The notes below the pieces were generated by a model. It saw only the letters and a list, made by a program, of their open reading frames with translations. It had not been told where the DNA came from and searched no databases. Made by a program: the position numbers and the translations under genes. This document shows, piece by piece, positions 24,067-35,892 of a stretch of DNA of 64,000 nt; positions within the stretch are counted from its first letter, which is position 1; the number at the start of each line of letters is the position of its first letter. Where the stretch lies: contig NMRA01000225.1 of the NCBI GenBank assembly GCA_002633005.1, positions 179,297 to 243,296 on the forward strand, in the 5' to 3' direction. Origin of the DNA: Phoronis australis. Lineage: Eukaryota > Animalia > Phoronida.

Positions 24067-27000
24067 CACCTTTGTGTATTGGTCGTAGTCAGCCTGTGAA
24101 GTCAAGATTTTAAACCGGGGTCTCCCAAGAAGGATCTGGAGCTTTAAACGTTGAGCTACACTGTCTCCTCAGGTTTAACAGTTTTTTTTCTAAAACACCC
24201 GAGCAATTTTCGACAACCACAAACTGGAAATCTGAATCGGCAACTTTGTAAAGAAAATAACTGCTGAAGCAATAATGTGTCTTTTTACCCATAGTGAAAT
24301 ATTTGATAATTCATGTTAAAATTATTCTATGATGGACAACGACAATTTCTAAAATTTACATTTCTCTATTTTTGAGTAGCTTAATACATAGATATGAACA
24401 TTTGACAGTGCTAAAAAGTAGACAAGTTGCTGAAATTCGGCAAAGAAAACTAGATCTCAAAATGCAGGCATGTTTTTTCGGACAAATAGACACATCGCAG
24501 CTTGTCGGCGTTCACCTTGCACTCGCAAATTATACCTTACAAGCTTTTTGTGCCAATATTACTGTATACCATGAACATTTGCTGGTGACATCCGTGCTCA
24601 TGTAAGTGCCCACCGTCACCTTACATAGAAACATTTTCAAATTAAAGTGTCCATTGCTCAACTGAGCACCCACTGTACATACTAGCACTCGCCTTTTTCA
24701 AACATTCATTGTAACAAATTAAGATTTGCAACGATATACATATGCATTTACCAGCGTTGTAATTGTACTAATTCTCATTTTCATTGCGTTTTTCTAATGT
24801 AACGCTGATGTTGCTATTTAAATTCTATAATTCTATAGTTTTTCAAACCTCTATAGACACCAGCTGTTCACGGAATAAGTTTGTTCTGCATTCCATATTG
24901 ATATATGACAGTTTTTGGTATTGAAACTACAAGATTTATACTGTTGTTACATTAGTTTTTCTAAACAAAATATCATGAACGTTCATCTTAACTAATGTTA
25001 AAGAAATTTTCACAAATTTTCCTCCACAACTCCCCTACATATCTGCATTCCACAAGTAAGTGTAATATTGTCTCTCTGTGCTCATAGAAAAAATTACATT
25101 TATAAGTCATTCTCTTGAACTTTAATTAATGTTAAAAAGACATTTGTTGTTATAATACGCCGGACAATTTTGTACTGGAAATCCTTAAATTTGAATCTGA
25201 TGTTAAAACATACGGTAATCGATGAACTTTGGACCAATCAAACTCATGAAGGAATGCACGGTTTAAATGTCTAAGTCACCTTGCAGGGTACTGTCCACAC
25301 GCCTATTTAGGGCTTCCAAATTTCTGATAAATGTCTTCCTAACGTTTGAGCACCCAGTTCGAGCACTGACATTATGCAACTGTGTTGTCGAAATTGATGG
25401 CAATTTATGGTTTGCATATTCAGACTGGTAAAAGGTATGAACCAAATTTGCGGGACTGGTATAACAAGCCTGTAATGTTCCAAAAAGTGTACCCTTTATG
25501 CGAAGTTTTCTTTTTAATGATTGTATTCACAGAATTATTCCATCACCATTTGGTAATTTTCTCACCGTTCTTAAACCTTTCTCATGCCAGTGACTGTATA
25601 ATAAAGTCACTGGAAAATTTTATATTTGTAATGAATCATCGCTCACTATTCATGCACCTTTAATATGTTTCTCTGATTTGATTTTGAAAATAGTGCTTTG
25701 AAGTGCAGAAACCTGATCAATTTTGAGTGGCTGTTTAGTATCGAGCTCGAGTTAGGGTTGTCGCCATTAGCATTGTATCCTTTTAGTTCTTCTGCAGTGC
25801 AATAAAAGTGCCTTTTTACATGGTTAAAATTTACACTTACAGAGGCTATAGTCATCCACAGACTGTTATTCTGCGCTAAAACAGTTTTTTTTGTTCAAAA
25901 CAACCCATTTTTGTTGCACTAATGTAAGAGCCAAATCTTGGCCATCGCCTGAAAGCGAACTGTCAGTCATTTTTGTATCTGACCTATTTTATGTCTGACC
26001 TGTTTTATGTCTGCACACTCAGTTACCGGATGTCGAAAATCTATACTACGATAAATATTCTCCAGTTTGGGACAGTGCCTGCTAGGGAGCAGTCATGTAA
26101 CCCAAAGGTCGGTGATGGTGAGCTGACATGTGTAGTGAATTATTATCTAAACACTGAGGCTGGTCTTTCTGTTTCAATTATTGGTGCTGATGCTGGTGCT
26201 GGCTAGGACCCTGTCTTAGGCTCCTGTTTTGTGTAACTTGTCAAAACAATTGTAAATATGTAAATACATGTGAATATTGAACAGGATAACTGGAAGAGTG
26301 GTTATTTTCGTTTATATTACCATAACAGACAGCCAAAAATATTTAGGTCAAGGCCCATGGTTGCACGAGGTTGTAAAAGTTTGTAATTATTGGCTGTCTC
26401 AAATTTAAGAGTTATGGGAAAGATGTATTACGCATTCTTGGCTGCTATATTTGGCAATTTTAATTTAGACTATGCTATACAAAGTGCAGTGTCCAATATA
26501 TTTGAGAAATACGATAAATGCCAAAATTACCAATGTTTTAATTTTCAGAGTCAGATAAATGAAAAATTGGTTTGAATCTCCCTGTTTCAAATCTTAGAGA
26601 CTTCCAAACTGGAGTACGTTTTCCCATACAAATGGGGTAGCACAATTAAAGTCTATTTACTGCACCACTGTCGACGAAGTATGAAGAGTGTCAAATAACC
26701 CTACAAGCTGTGTTATTTTAAAGTAACATAGTTCCAGGTTTGTACGTATACTACATTATTTTACACAAGATGTTCGGACAAGCGCCCACGTCTGATTTCT
26801 GATTTAAACACCCATCACTGGTTAAGCGCCCATCTCTAGTTAAGCACCAACTCCTCAATTTCCAAGCACCCCAATGTAAGCATGGACTGATGTTAATAAG
26901 ATTGTTTACTGTCATAACATTTGGTGTCGTTTTGTCCTTGCATGGGTTACTCTTCTCTGCATAATTCTCATTATATTTCCACCACTGAATTCAGTAATTA

Positions 27001-27177
27001 TGTTTACCAAGTTCCATATTACGTATTTTAGCAATTGGTCATTTGACCGATTTTCCTGAATTTTGGTGGACACGGTTACGCGACCAAGTGTGTGCATGTA
27101 CGTTCCATAGTGCCGAGTGTGATTTTGGGACATCTGACAAACTGGCACTAGGCAATTCTGGTGACACAGACACAATT

Positions 27178-28380
27178 TAATTATGCGCCCACATGATGCC
27201 GTCATCTCCGTCCGTCCGTCCGTAAGCCTGATCCGGTGTCCGTCCAGCATCCGGCGTCCGCTGCTCTATCTCCAAAACTCTTTGATGTACGTTCACGAAA
27301 TTTTGCACGTATGTTACTTTCCTAGACGGGACGGCACAAGCGAATTTCGCCGGTCTGATTCGACTACCTGTGTGCCCCTTAGTGGAACTTTAGTTTTTTC
27401 AGCTTACCTCTATACTTTCAAATGTCAGCGTATTTTCATAACATTTGACATATAGACATCTATTAGTGAGATGAAGCTATTCTCCCGTTTTTGGATGGAT
27501 TCGACATTGTTTACACCACCCAGTCAGCCATTTTTACTGTTTTCGAGCATGTTTTTTGGCGTCCACCCCTCGATCAACCAAACTGCTCTACGGATGATTG
27601 TGAATAATGGCATGTACACATGTATGTTCTTACTATGAAGAGGACGGTGACGAGTTTCCATCGACTTTGACTACAGTGGCTCTTCCTAGTGGCTATTTTT
27701 TTCTGCCCATGGTTGTATCTCCTAAACCGTTGGCAGGATCGTTACTAAATTTACTAAGTGTATTTATACGATGTTGACAATAGATACGAAAACTTTCGGA
27801 CGGATCTGACTACCCGTGTGCTCCCTAGTGACAATTTTAGTTTTTTACACTTACCTTGAAAGGTACTCAACGTATTTTCATAAAAATTGGCATATAGGCA
27901 TCTATTAGTGAGATGACGCTATCCTTCCATTATCGGATGTATTTGACGTAGTATGCGCCACGTAGTGGCCATTTTTACTGTTTTTAGTGTGTTTTTTGGC
28001 ATCCACCCCTCTACCAACTGACGACTTCGACAACTGTGGCGCCTCCTTAAGTAGTAATTTTTGCGCCCATGGCTGTATCCCTAAAACGGTTTTCGATCAC
28101 CCAAACCATTCTAAGGATGATTTTGAAAATTGGTGTATGTGTTCACAGTGTGAAGAGGACGGTTGACGATAACGAATTCGACTACTGTTCCATGACAGAT
28201 TTTTATGAAATTTGGTAAATAGTTTTCTATCATAGAAGCGATGCCATGTTCCTGTTTTCATATGGATTGGAGTTTTTGCGCCATCTAGTGGATATTTTTA
28301 TGAAACAAATTAACATCCCTAGAAGCACACCGTTTGCGGTGCATTCGTTGATATAACTCAACGCTCCGTGTTGCTCTTGC
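27178..28380 (+). mobile_element. Helentron-associated (HINE/DINE-1-like) non-autonomous element
   Basis: GTCC microsatellite near the 5' end (~27208-27223). Internal subunits of ~140-165 bp form a ~445-bp higher repeat (27361-27571 vs 27807-28011). 3' stem-loop CGTTGA-tataac-TCAACG at ~28347-28363. Confidence 0.6.
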
Positions 28381-28924
28381 CTTAGCTTACTAATCTTTTA
28401 AAACGTCTATGAAATATTTCAATTAGAATGCTTTCGCCTATGGTAATATCTTGTACCGAGGGGCAGATGGAGCGTCTCTATGTGGCAGTCCAATTTGGTA
28501 ACCTCACAGCACTGTGTGAAAGTTTAGTTTTCACCTACATGTAGCTTTGGATAATAAATTCATAGGTACTGCACATGTATCATAGCCTATAAGTCTGTTA
28601 GCAGCATATATGATTCTTGAAATATTTAGCAGCATCATTTTTTTTCTCACTTCAGACCAAATTTATAATAAGTATAGTTTTTTCCTACCCACTTTCAAAA
28701 CGTCATGCTAAAACAGTTGAACAATTGAGCTCACTGAGAATTGGAAAAATATGCACATCTGTTAAAATCACACTAAGGATGTTTGAATGCTGTCATGGGA
28801 AGGTATTAGTAGACGTGTATCTTTTAACCGTTACGATGCAGTCTCGGTACAGTTTTAATATGTTCCGCGAGGGTGGTGTCGCAGTGCAAGTGTTTACAAA
28901 TGAGATCATCGATTGAAAGAGTGA

Positions 28925-29110
28925 CATAGGCAAGATAATAATACGCAAATGTGTCTTCAATAGCCAATGTTTAGAAAATGAGAGAAATAGAGTTTAGTTT
29001 AGGGATCATAAAATGGACAGTTAGAAAGGTGCTATGCATGATTTGTGACAAGAGTTTAGACCTTTCGAACATGAATACCCGCTCTTTAAACTCACACTTC
29101 AAATCTGACA
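28925..29110 (+). pseudogene. Relic N-terminal zinc finger of a hAT-like transposase
   Basis: RKCVFNSQCL...W...VLCMICDKSLDLSNMNTRSLNSHFKS resembles the KCxFNxxW...CxxCxKxxxxxNMGxxALxSH motif of invertebrate hAT-type transposases (from memory). Confidence 0.45.
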
Positions 29111-29448
29111 TGTTTTGCACTGAATCATTTCATTGCAAGAAGTGTAAAAGAAAACGACCTTGAGCAGTTGATGAATGTCATTTAGTTAAAAGTTGTCATG
29201 TTAAAGACTACACTGTGACAATCCTACATACCAGTGTGAATATATTCGTAATTAAGTTTGGTACATAACAATGGTTCGTTGACACTAGAACGTTTAGCAC
29301 ATAGATGGCTAAATTTTTCCTCTCCACCTTGGGATACGCGCATATTTCATGGTCATGCAACATAGATTCCACGAGTTTTCTTACAAACTTCATGGTTTTC
29401 TGTGATCACTTTATTTGCAAAGCCCATTTCATCTATAGATACCATTAA

Positions 29449-31130
29449 AGGCCAAGTATGGTGCCAAAATGACTATTTTTACATCTAAAATACATTTATT
29501 GATAAAAAACATCAAAATACTGTGTCATAGCATACCCATTCGTTAATTAAGTAGGCCTTCGACAATACAGTAGCCCCATCACGAACCCCATTTAGCGCCA
29601 AAATAAAACTTGAGACGGCGCTTGCACTAATCGAAGTCTATGACATCATGGTTACAACGAATTTGGCTTTCACCGCGTCTCCATCCAGAGTGTTGGAATC
29701 AGAGATAACTCGTTTTTTAATTTAGTGCAAAATACGTGGAAAATCAAGGAAACACATTAATTTTTCATTTCAAGTCAGTTAATATTAAAATTAATCAAAA
29801 TCACTACCTTTAGAATTTTCATTCAATTATTTAGCACACATTCTAATACGGGCCCTTATGGGAATCCCCGGGAGTGTAACTAGTGCCGTCGAAACAGCCG
29901 GAAAAACAAAACGCTTCGTCTGAATTGTTATCAGCAATTTCCCAATGTTTATTGTAAAGTGTGATTTGTTTGGTACAAAAATTTTGATGTTAGTAACTTT
30001 CCATTCACGTCTTTTTGAAGCCGAAGGTGTGAACGCTGCGCGATTCCAGTGTGTGTCCCGTATGGGTATAGACGACAACAGGCCATTTAATTTGGTGCAA
30101 AATACTTAGAAACGTTAGGCTTACAACACATATCAGCATGATCTTTTCGTAAAATGCAACTATATTCAAATTCATTGAAAATTTTATATTAGAAACTCAA
30201 TTTTCAAAATAAGTCGCCTTGAAATTCTGCAACCCGTAATCGGTCAAGCTAAAAAAATGAAAATTTAAAAGCAACGCAACATTGTGTGTGTTTGTAATAA
30301 ATTAAAACTACGAAATAAAGTCTGTATTGCATGAAAACATACCCAGTCATAAGAATTTGTAATCAATTGAACGTTTTAAATTCATTATCAGAATTCCGTT
30401 AGGCCTACGGGAACGACCCAAATCAGACGAAATATTCCGGATTTGGGCCGGATTCCCTATACTCTGGGCCGGAACAGTGACACGAAACGTCGAAGTGCAC
30501 ATTGCAGATTTTTTGCAACCAACCAGCTAGCTGTTTGAAGGCTATCGCCAAAATACAGCTAGGAAACACTGTGACTTGAGCTCTGTAGTCTATACACGAA
30601 ATTTCATAGGCCTACCTACAGACCGGTATGAGTTGCGTTAGTCTAGTCGTCGTGAAATTTACATCGCAGAGCCAACGACCGGGGTGCATGCAAAATCTGG
30701 GAGACAATTCGGACACTCACCTTGCCCGTTCAGTTCCAGTCGTTTAAAGTCCTTCTCTCAAACTGCCCATGTGGTTCCAGTATCCGAAAATACTTACTAC
30801 ATAAAATCTTATTTTCGACACCCTTTCTTTATATTCTTTTCGCCTTTCGTGCCAAAAGCGATCTTTGAACAGTATTTGACTCTTCTCTCTGAGCGTATGA
30901 TTACCGGTTGTCATCGGCTATTTCCGTACCCACATTTCCGGCTCATCATTTCAGGAACTTGTCCTGAACGCCGCCATTTTTTCCTTGTAACTGAATGTGC
31001 TATCGCTTGCTCGAAAAGTCTTCATTATTTTGTTTAATTAGTAATATCTCGTGATTCGTTTGCATATGTATTGTATTTATAGTTTGTAGTTAGTGGTCGT
31101 TGATTTTTTTGGAATGTTACGCGTACTTAT
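29449..31130. mobile_element. Probable Kolobok-like fragment (one end only)
   Basis: TTAA|AGGCCAAGTATGG left end; no matching right end found. Short inverted similarity of ~30522-30560 with ~42130-42165. Confidence 0.35.
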
Positions 31131-31970
31131 TATGTTAAAATAGCATTGGTGTTTAGTTCCTTACGTAGGCCGGTCGAACCTAGGAACCAATATGAGTCGA
31201 ACCAGGAAGAGATAACCAGGAAGGGACAACTAGCTTCAGGACTTAATTTTCGTTTAAAAGGAAATAGATGATTTTATCAGAGAGATTAAAGCTTTTTCTA
31301 TAGAAGGATATCAAAAAAACTCACTTTTCAACCTTAAACAGTGGTGTAATTGTACTTTGAAAATATCGACTTCAGCGCACGCAATCGCAATTTCCCACAC
31401 GCAGTCACGGGTATTTAAGCTTTTCCGTCGATGTATAAATGGCGCGGTAGTCAAGTACTCCCTCATTTGCATATCAAATTTGCATGTGGGAGTTCTGAGA
31501 CTCTCGTCAGTTTAGTTGTTGTCGAGCGCTTGAGTGCATAAAGCGGTGACCTCCCGCTGAGAGCACACGCTGAGGAAGATACCACAGCTAACTCGATCGC
31601 TTCGCAATCAGGAGATGAAAACACTCTCATAGACCCTATTCACGCAGACAGGAGGCGCATTCCAAAACGAGGCTCGCTACGATAGCTCTGTTAGCTTATC
31701 GGCATAGTTCTGTGTTTCAGACCGCGTTGTTCCGAACGGCTAGAAAAAATACGGACACGCAACTGTCTGCTTCACAATCTCTAAAGACGTTGAGATTCGG
31801 AAGCGTCGGGGTCGTAGCCGCGACGAAGCAAAATATGTCCGTGTAAAATTTATAAATGTTTTCGAAAAGTTAGATCATATTTTGTCGCATGTCGGTCAGC
31901 TGTTAAGCATATCATAGTAATAACGACCGGAGAATGGGCCAGCCAGGCTGTGTTTTCATGACTACGGATT

Positions 31971-33158
31971 TAGGGGGTTGTCAGAATAAATATTGATTAA
32001 GTAATTAGTAAGAATAGATCCATTTTAAGTTGCCCAAAATTTGTGCATATGTACTTTTAAGTCATGGGGTCAGACTTGCTGACATGTATTTTAACGTCAA
32101 AATCTATTTTTAGATGGTGTTTACAACTTTGGGTTCTGGGGTCAAAGTACTCTAGAGATTCTAGAATATTCTAAGAACAAATTGTAACAGCCAATAATAC
32201 GAGTGGATATGATCATGTGGTTTTTATTAGCCAATCACTAAATAAGTAGAATGTTATATTATGGGCTGAAATCAGCAAGATAATTAGATGCGCTAAAGTA
32301 GTTGAAGCATAAAGACTTGCTACAGTGTACAGAAGCAGTTGTACGACAGAGCCATCTCGTGGAAGATTCTAGAAAGGATCTTGGCAAGGGTTAACGAACC
32401 GGAAGTTAACTAAGAGCTTGTCACTTGCATCGTGGGTAGTAAGATACTACCTGAAGTTTTGCGTCATCAGCCAGAGACTGTGACCAGCAAGAAGAATCGC
32501 GGGTAGAAGAAATTGCCTGCAAGTGTTGCATCACCAGAGACGGTGACCAGCAAGTACACTGTCGCTATACAGTGCGTGTAGTTCGAAGATTCACCAACAG
32601 GACAGACATCCAACAAGTGGAGAGTCCTAACTTGGATAGCAGATAAGACATTTGATCGTTTGGTTGTTTGATTAAAGTAATCTTTAAAGAAGGCGCTAGC
32701 GTAGTTTCTCTTTGTAGTTGATTACTTAATTAACAATAGGTTTCATTTGTCTAATTAGGGGTTATCATATAATAAATTAATTACTGGATTTGATGATTCA
32801 CTCTCCATCTACGCACAACTTCAAAGCATAGCTGCCTTTTAAACAAACCCACACAGACAATCGTCTAACAGGGGTTGGGCATGCCCCCCCCCCCCTAAAA
32901 TTGTATCATATCCCATTTTTGAGTTCGGGTGTTAATTGCTGACTAGCACACGTGCGCAACGGGGGGTGAATAAACAACGCATAGGCGCTGAATGAACCCC
33001 GTTTACCGTTTTTTTTTTTTTTAGTCAACAGGTCCGCAAACCCAAGAATTCAAGACCCCTGCATCCCCAGAGTTTAGGCTGGGCGCGCGCATCTGCCGAA
33101 ATGCTGCTTATTCCTGTGCTCTGCCCCCACCTAACTAAAAAACCTGAATCCGCCCCTG
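31971..33158. mobile_element. MITE-like element with a CAGGGGCGGATT-type end, split by a solo LTR
   Basis: Right end CCTGAATCCGCCCCTG is followed by CTACGGATT (33159-33167). The same CTACGGATT at 31962-31970 precedes TAGGGGGT; the left tip is missing. Confidence 0.5.
31979..32870 (+). mobile_element. Solo LTR, 892 bp (BEL/Pao- or Gypsy-type)
   Basis: Termini TGTCAGA...TCTAACA. 5-bp TSD GGGGT (31974-31978, 32871-32875). AATAAA at 32771. No internal coding sequence. Confidence 0.85.
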
Positions 33159-33218
33159 CTACGGATTGAAACATTATAATTTTCTTTCCAAAAAGGACAT
33201 GGCCCTCAATCCCTCAAA

Positions 33219-33530
33219 TTTGGGGCCCAATATCGGCCCTATTCCCCTCTCAAACATATTGAAATATCACGCGAAATTCCCCCCACGAGGCATAAAAATT
33301 CCCCTAGTGAAAAATCTCTCTGAGTTCAAATCACCTGTAACCACACAGGTGACAATTTTTAAGAGCACAAAAGGCTACTTTAAATTGAGGCAGAGCCTAT
33401 GAGAGCTTGCAACAGGGCGGGGGTGCTATTGATGGTGATGGGGAGGTAGATTGTTCCTGCCCTCACTCGGCGAAAAAATCGCCTCTCAGTAGGCACTGGC
33501 ACCGTTCCCCTCGGATGAAAGAGGCTCCTG
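33219..33530 (+). repeat. Interspersed repeat, copy 2 (see 8297-8612)
   Basis: Direct similarity to 8297-8612 over ~300 bp. Confidence 0.75.
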
Positions 33531-34564
33531 CAGAAACATGATAACTATGATTGCATTGTCCAGTTAACTGAAATTGAGTTCTAAAATGATGTTATGTTTT
33601 GGACAAACGAAATCGGTGTTTTAATTTTAAAATTCAACTTGGTCCAGATTGATATTTGAAATCTAACACATGAAATAGACGTAAGAATTATTACAACCAA
33701 GAAAGCATTGATGGTCAAATAATTTTTATTTTCAATTACGAGCCTGGTTTTTTATTTTAATAAAAATATATTTAATAACATCAATTATTCTTTCATACCA
33801 ATGACAAATCAACTGTTAGTTCCAGTGAGTGCATAGTATCAGGCTATGCTTGATGTTATTTGATCAACAAATTAAACCAGATGTGACTAATTGCACGTGA
33901 CAGACACCACTGTCGAATATGTTTTCAACTCGTCAACAATACGAGCAGATGACCTGGTCCGCGTAGAAAGTATTTTGATCAACAATTTACAAGAAAAAAC
34001 GTAACCCTGCATTCAGCATAATACCTAATCCGTAACACTACAATCGCCGCAATTTGGTCATATTTACTTTTCATGTTTCGAACTTAGTTTTCCGAAAAAA
34101 ATTAAACCCTTTCATCAGACAACTTTTTGGCGCCTTAACTTGTTCTCTAATGTGATTTTCTACGTCTCTGTGGTTAATTGTGGACACATCATTAAAATTT
34201 AATATCCAGGTTGGATTCGAAAGACCGGCTATTTAACTCTCGCAATGTCTACTTTCGCTTTGTTTATCGCAGTGAGCCTCGCTTTGGGTCTTAATGGCCG
34301 CCGCGTGAATAGGGTCTATGACCGCAGTTCTGAATTCCAGCTAAGCAAGCCCTATTTCGAGGAGCGGATTTGAATTGTTTTCGTCCCCAGACTGTGGATT
34401 GCAGAGAAGATTAGAATGAGGTCAACATCGAACTTTCTGCGGCTACCTATCGTGTTGAAAGTTTGAAGTGTCATTACCATAGACGGAGCGCGCGGGATGT
34501 CTATGATTCCTGTTCTTCTTCAGTTGGCGAAAACATTGCTATCGGCATAAAGAATGACCGTGGG

Positions 34565-35250
34565 TTATTCATTTTGAGGTGGACATCTGTATCCAAGAAT
34601 AGATATTAATACTCTGTAGTATCTCACCCTCCGCGTTTCGTTTCTTTGACGTTCTTTGAAGTTGCGGTATCGTGAAACAACGCCGTCGGGTGAGAGAAGT
34701 TGCAACGAATAACTGGAATTGGCTGCAGTTCTTTCCTTTAGAATGCCCGGACTCAACTGTGCCATTTTCTTGGCAAGTCTCTTGCCTGCCGAAGTCTTTC
34801 TGAGCATTGAAAACATCGGCCTTCTCCTGCGCCAATCAACCTTTTATCTGCTACAGAAATGTTATGCCTAATTTCCTAACATTTTAGCACACTTTGTGGC
34901 TCTGCTACAGTTAGCACTGCCATAATGGTATTTCTTAATTCCGCCACAGTATGCCTACTTGGAATTAAGTTTTGCTAGGTGTTTTTCCAAATTAAGCCAC
35001 AACAGTTGTTCATCATTAAATGCCTTAGATTCTTCGACGCCATGAACATTTCCGTCAACACAAAAGGCACCCTTGCCATTCTTAAAAAATCGTATATATG
35101 TGCTATAATTGCTTCGAAGGACCGGCAGTAACCGTGGCTGGAATGTCGGCAGCTTCGCGAATAAGTCTACAGCAAACTCCTGTTGAAATTCTCCATACTT
35201 CAAAATTCTTGTTTGCAGGTGCTGATAATTGCCTTCAATGATTTTCATAA
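34565..35250 (-). pseudogene. Possible highly decayed RTE-like LINE fragments
   Basis: MKIIEGNYQHLQTRILKYGEFQQEFAV and RVRYYRVLISILGY loosely resemble RT-region segments of RTE elements. No catalytic motif seen. Confidence 0.3.
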
Positions 35251-35892
35251 TAAGAGACTAGAAAGCACACACGCCCACTGGCCTGCTGCCTTACATTTTC
35301 ACTGGCCACCTTGCTACAGTCGACTTGCGCAATAGCCGAATTAGTGTCCACATTTGTGGTCACACGCTGGGTACAGGCCCATGAGACAAGTTGCAGCAAC
35401 AAATTCAGTACGAATCCATAAACCCTTTTACACGCACAATTAAATGCTCCTGTATTTCTTAAACCTTTAAGTTAATGTTCAAGCTATACAACGAGTGCGT
35501 GTTGAAACACAACATTGACCTTGGACCAACGATGGACTCCTTGCATCAGGACCTTGGTAAGAGGGGGGAGGGCGAGTGCCACCCCAAAAAAATTGCATGC
35601 CTCAGGGTTAAACCATGGCAACCGACAAAGGTGTGGGGATGGGGAAAGACAAAAAAGAAAGACTTCGAATACTGATCAGAGAGAAAACTCAAGAGAACTT
35701 TGAAAACTCGGTATCAGTGTATGGTTTACCATTTGAGCGCCCTGACCACGACAATTGTTGTTAGGGTCTCCGTTTTTGCAGCATACATGTGGGTCGTCTA
35801 AGCGCTCTTGAAAATGTGCACTTAACCATTCATGTATGTATTTGGAAAATTCAAGAAAATTTGTAAAGCAAAAATTTTGCGGAGGGTATTAA

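Larger units (their letters stand above)
31631..34317 (+). mobile_element. ISL2EU/IS4EU-like DNA transposon relic containing nested insertions
   Basis: AT|AGACCCTATTCACGC...GCGTGAATAGGGTCT|AT, plus a second inverted block (CGAGGCTC.CT.CGATA). Very degenerate THAP-like start at ~31705-31830. Confidence 0.7.
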
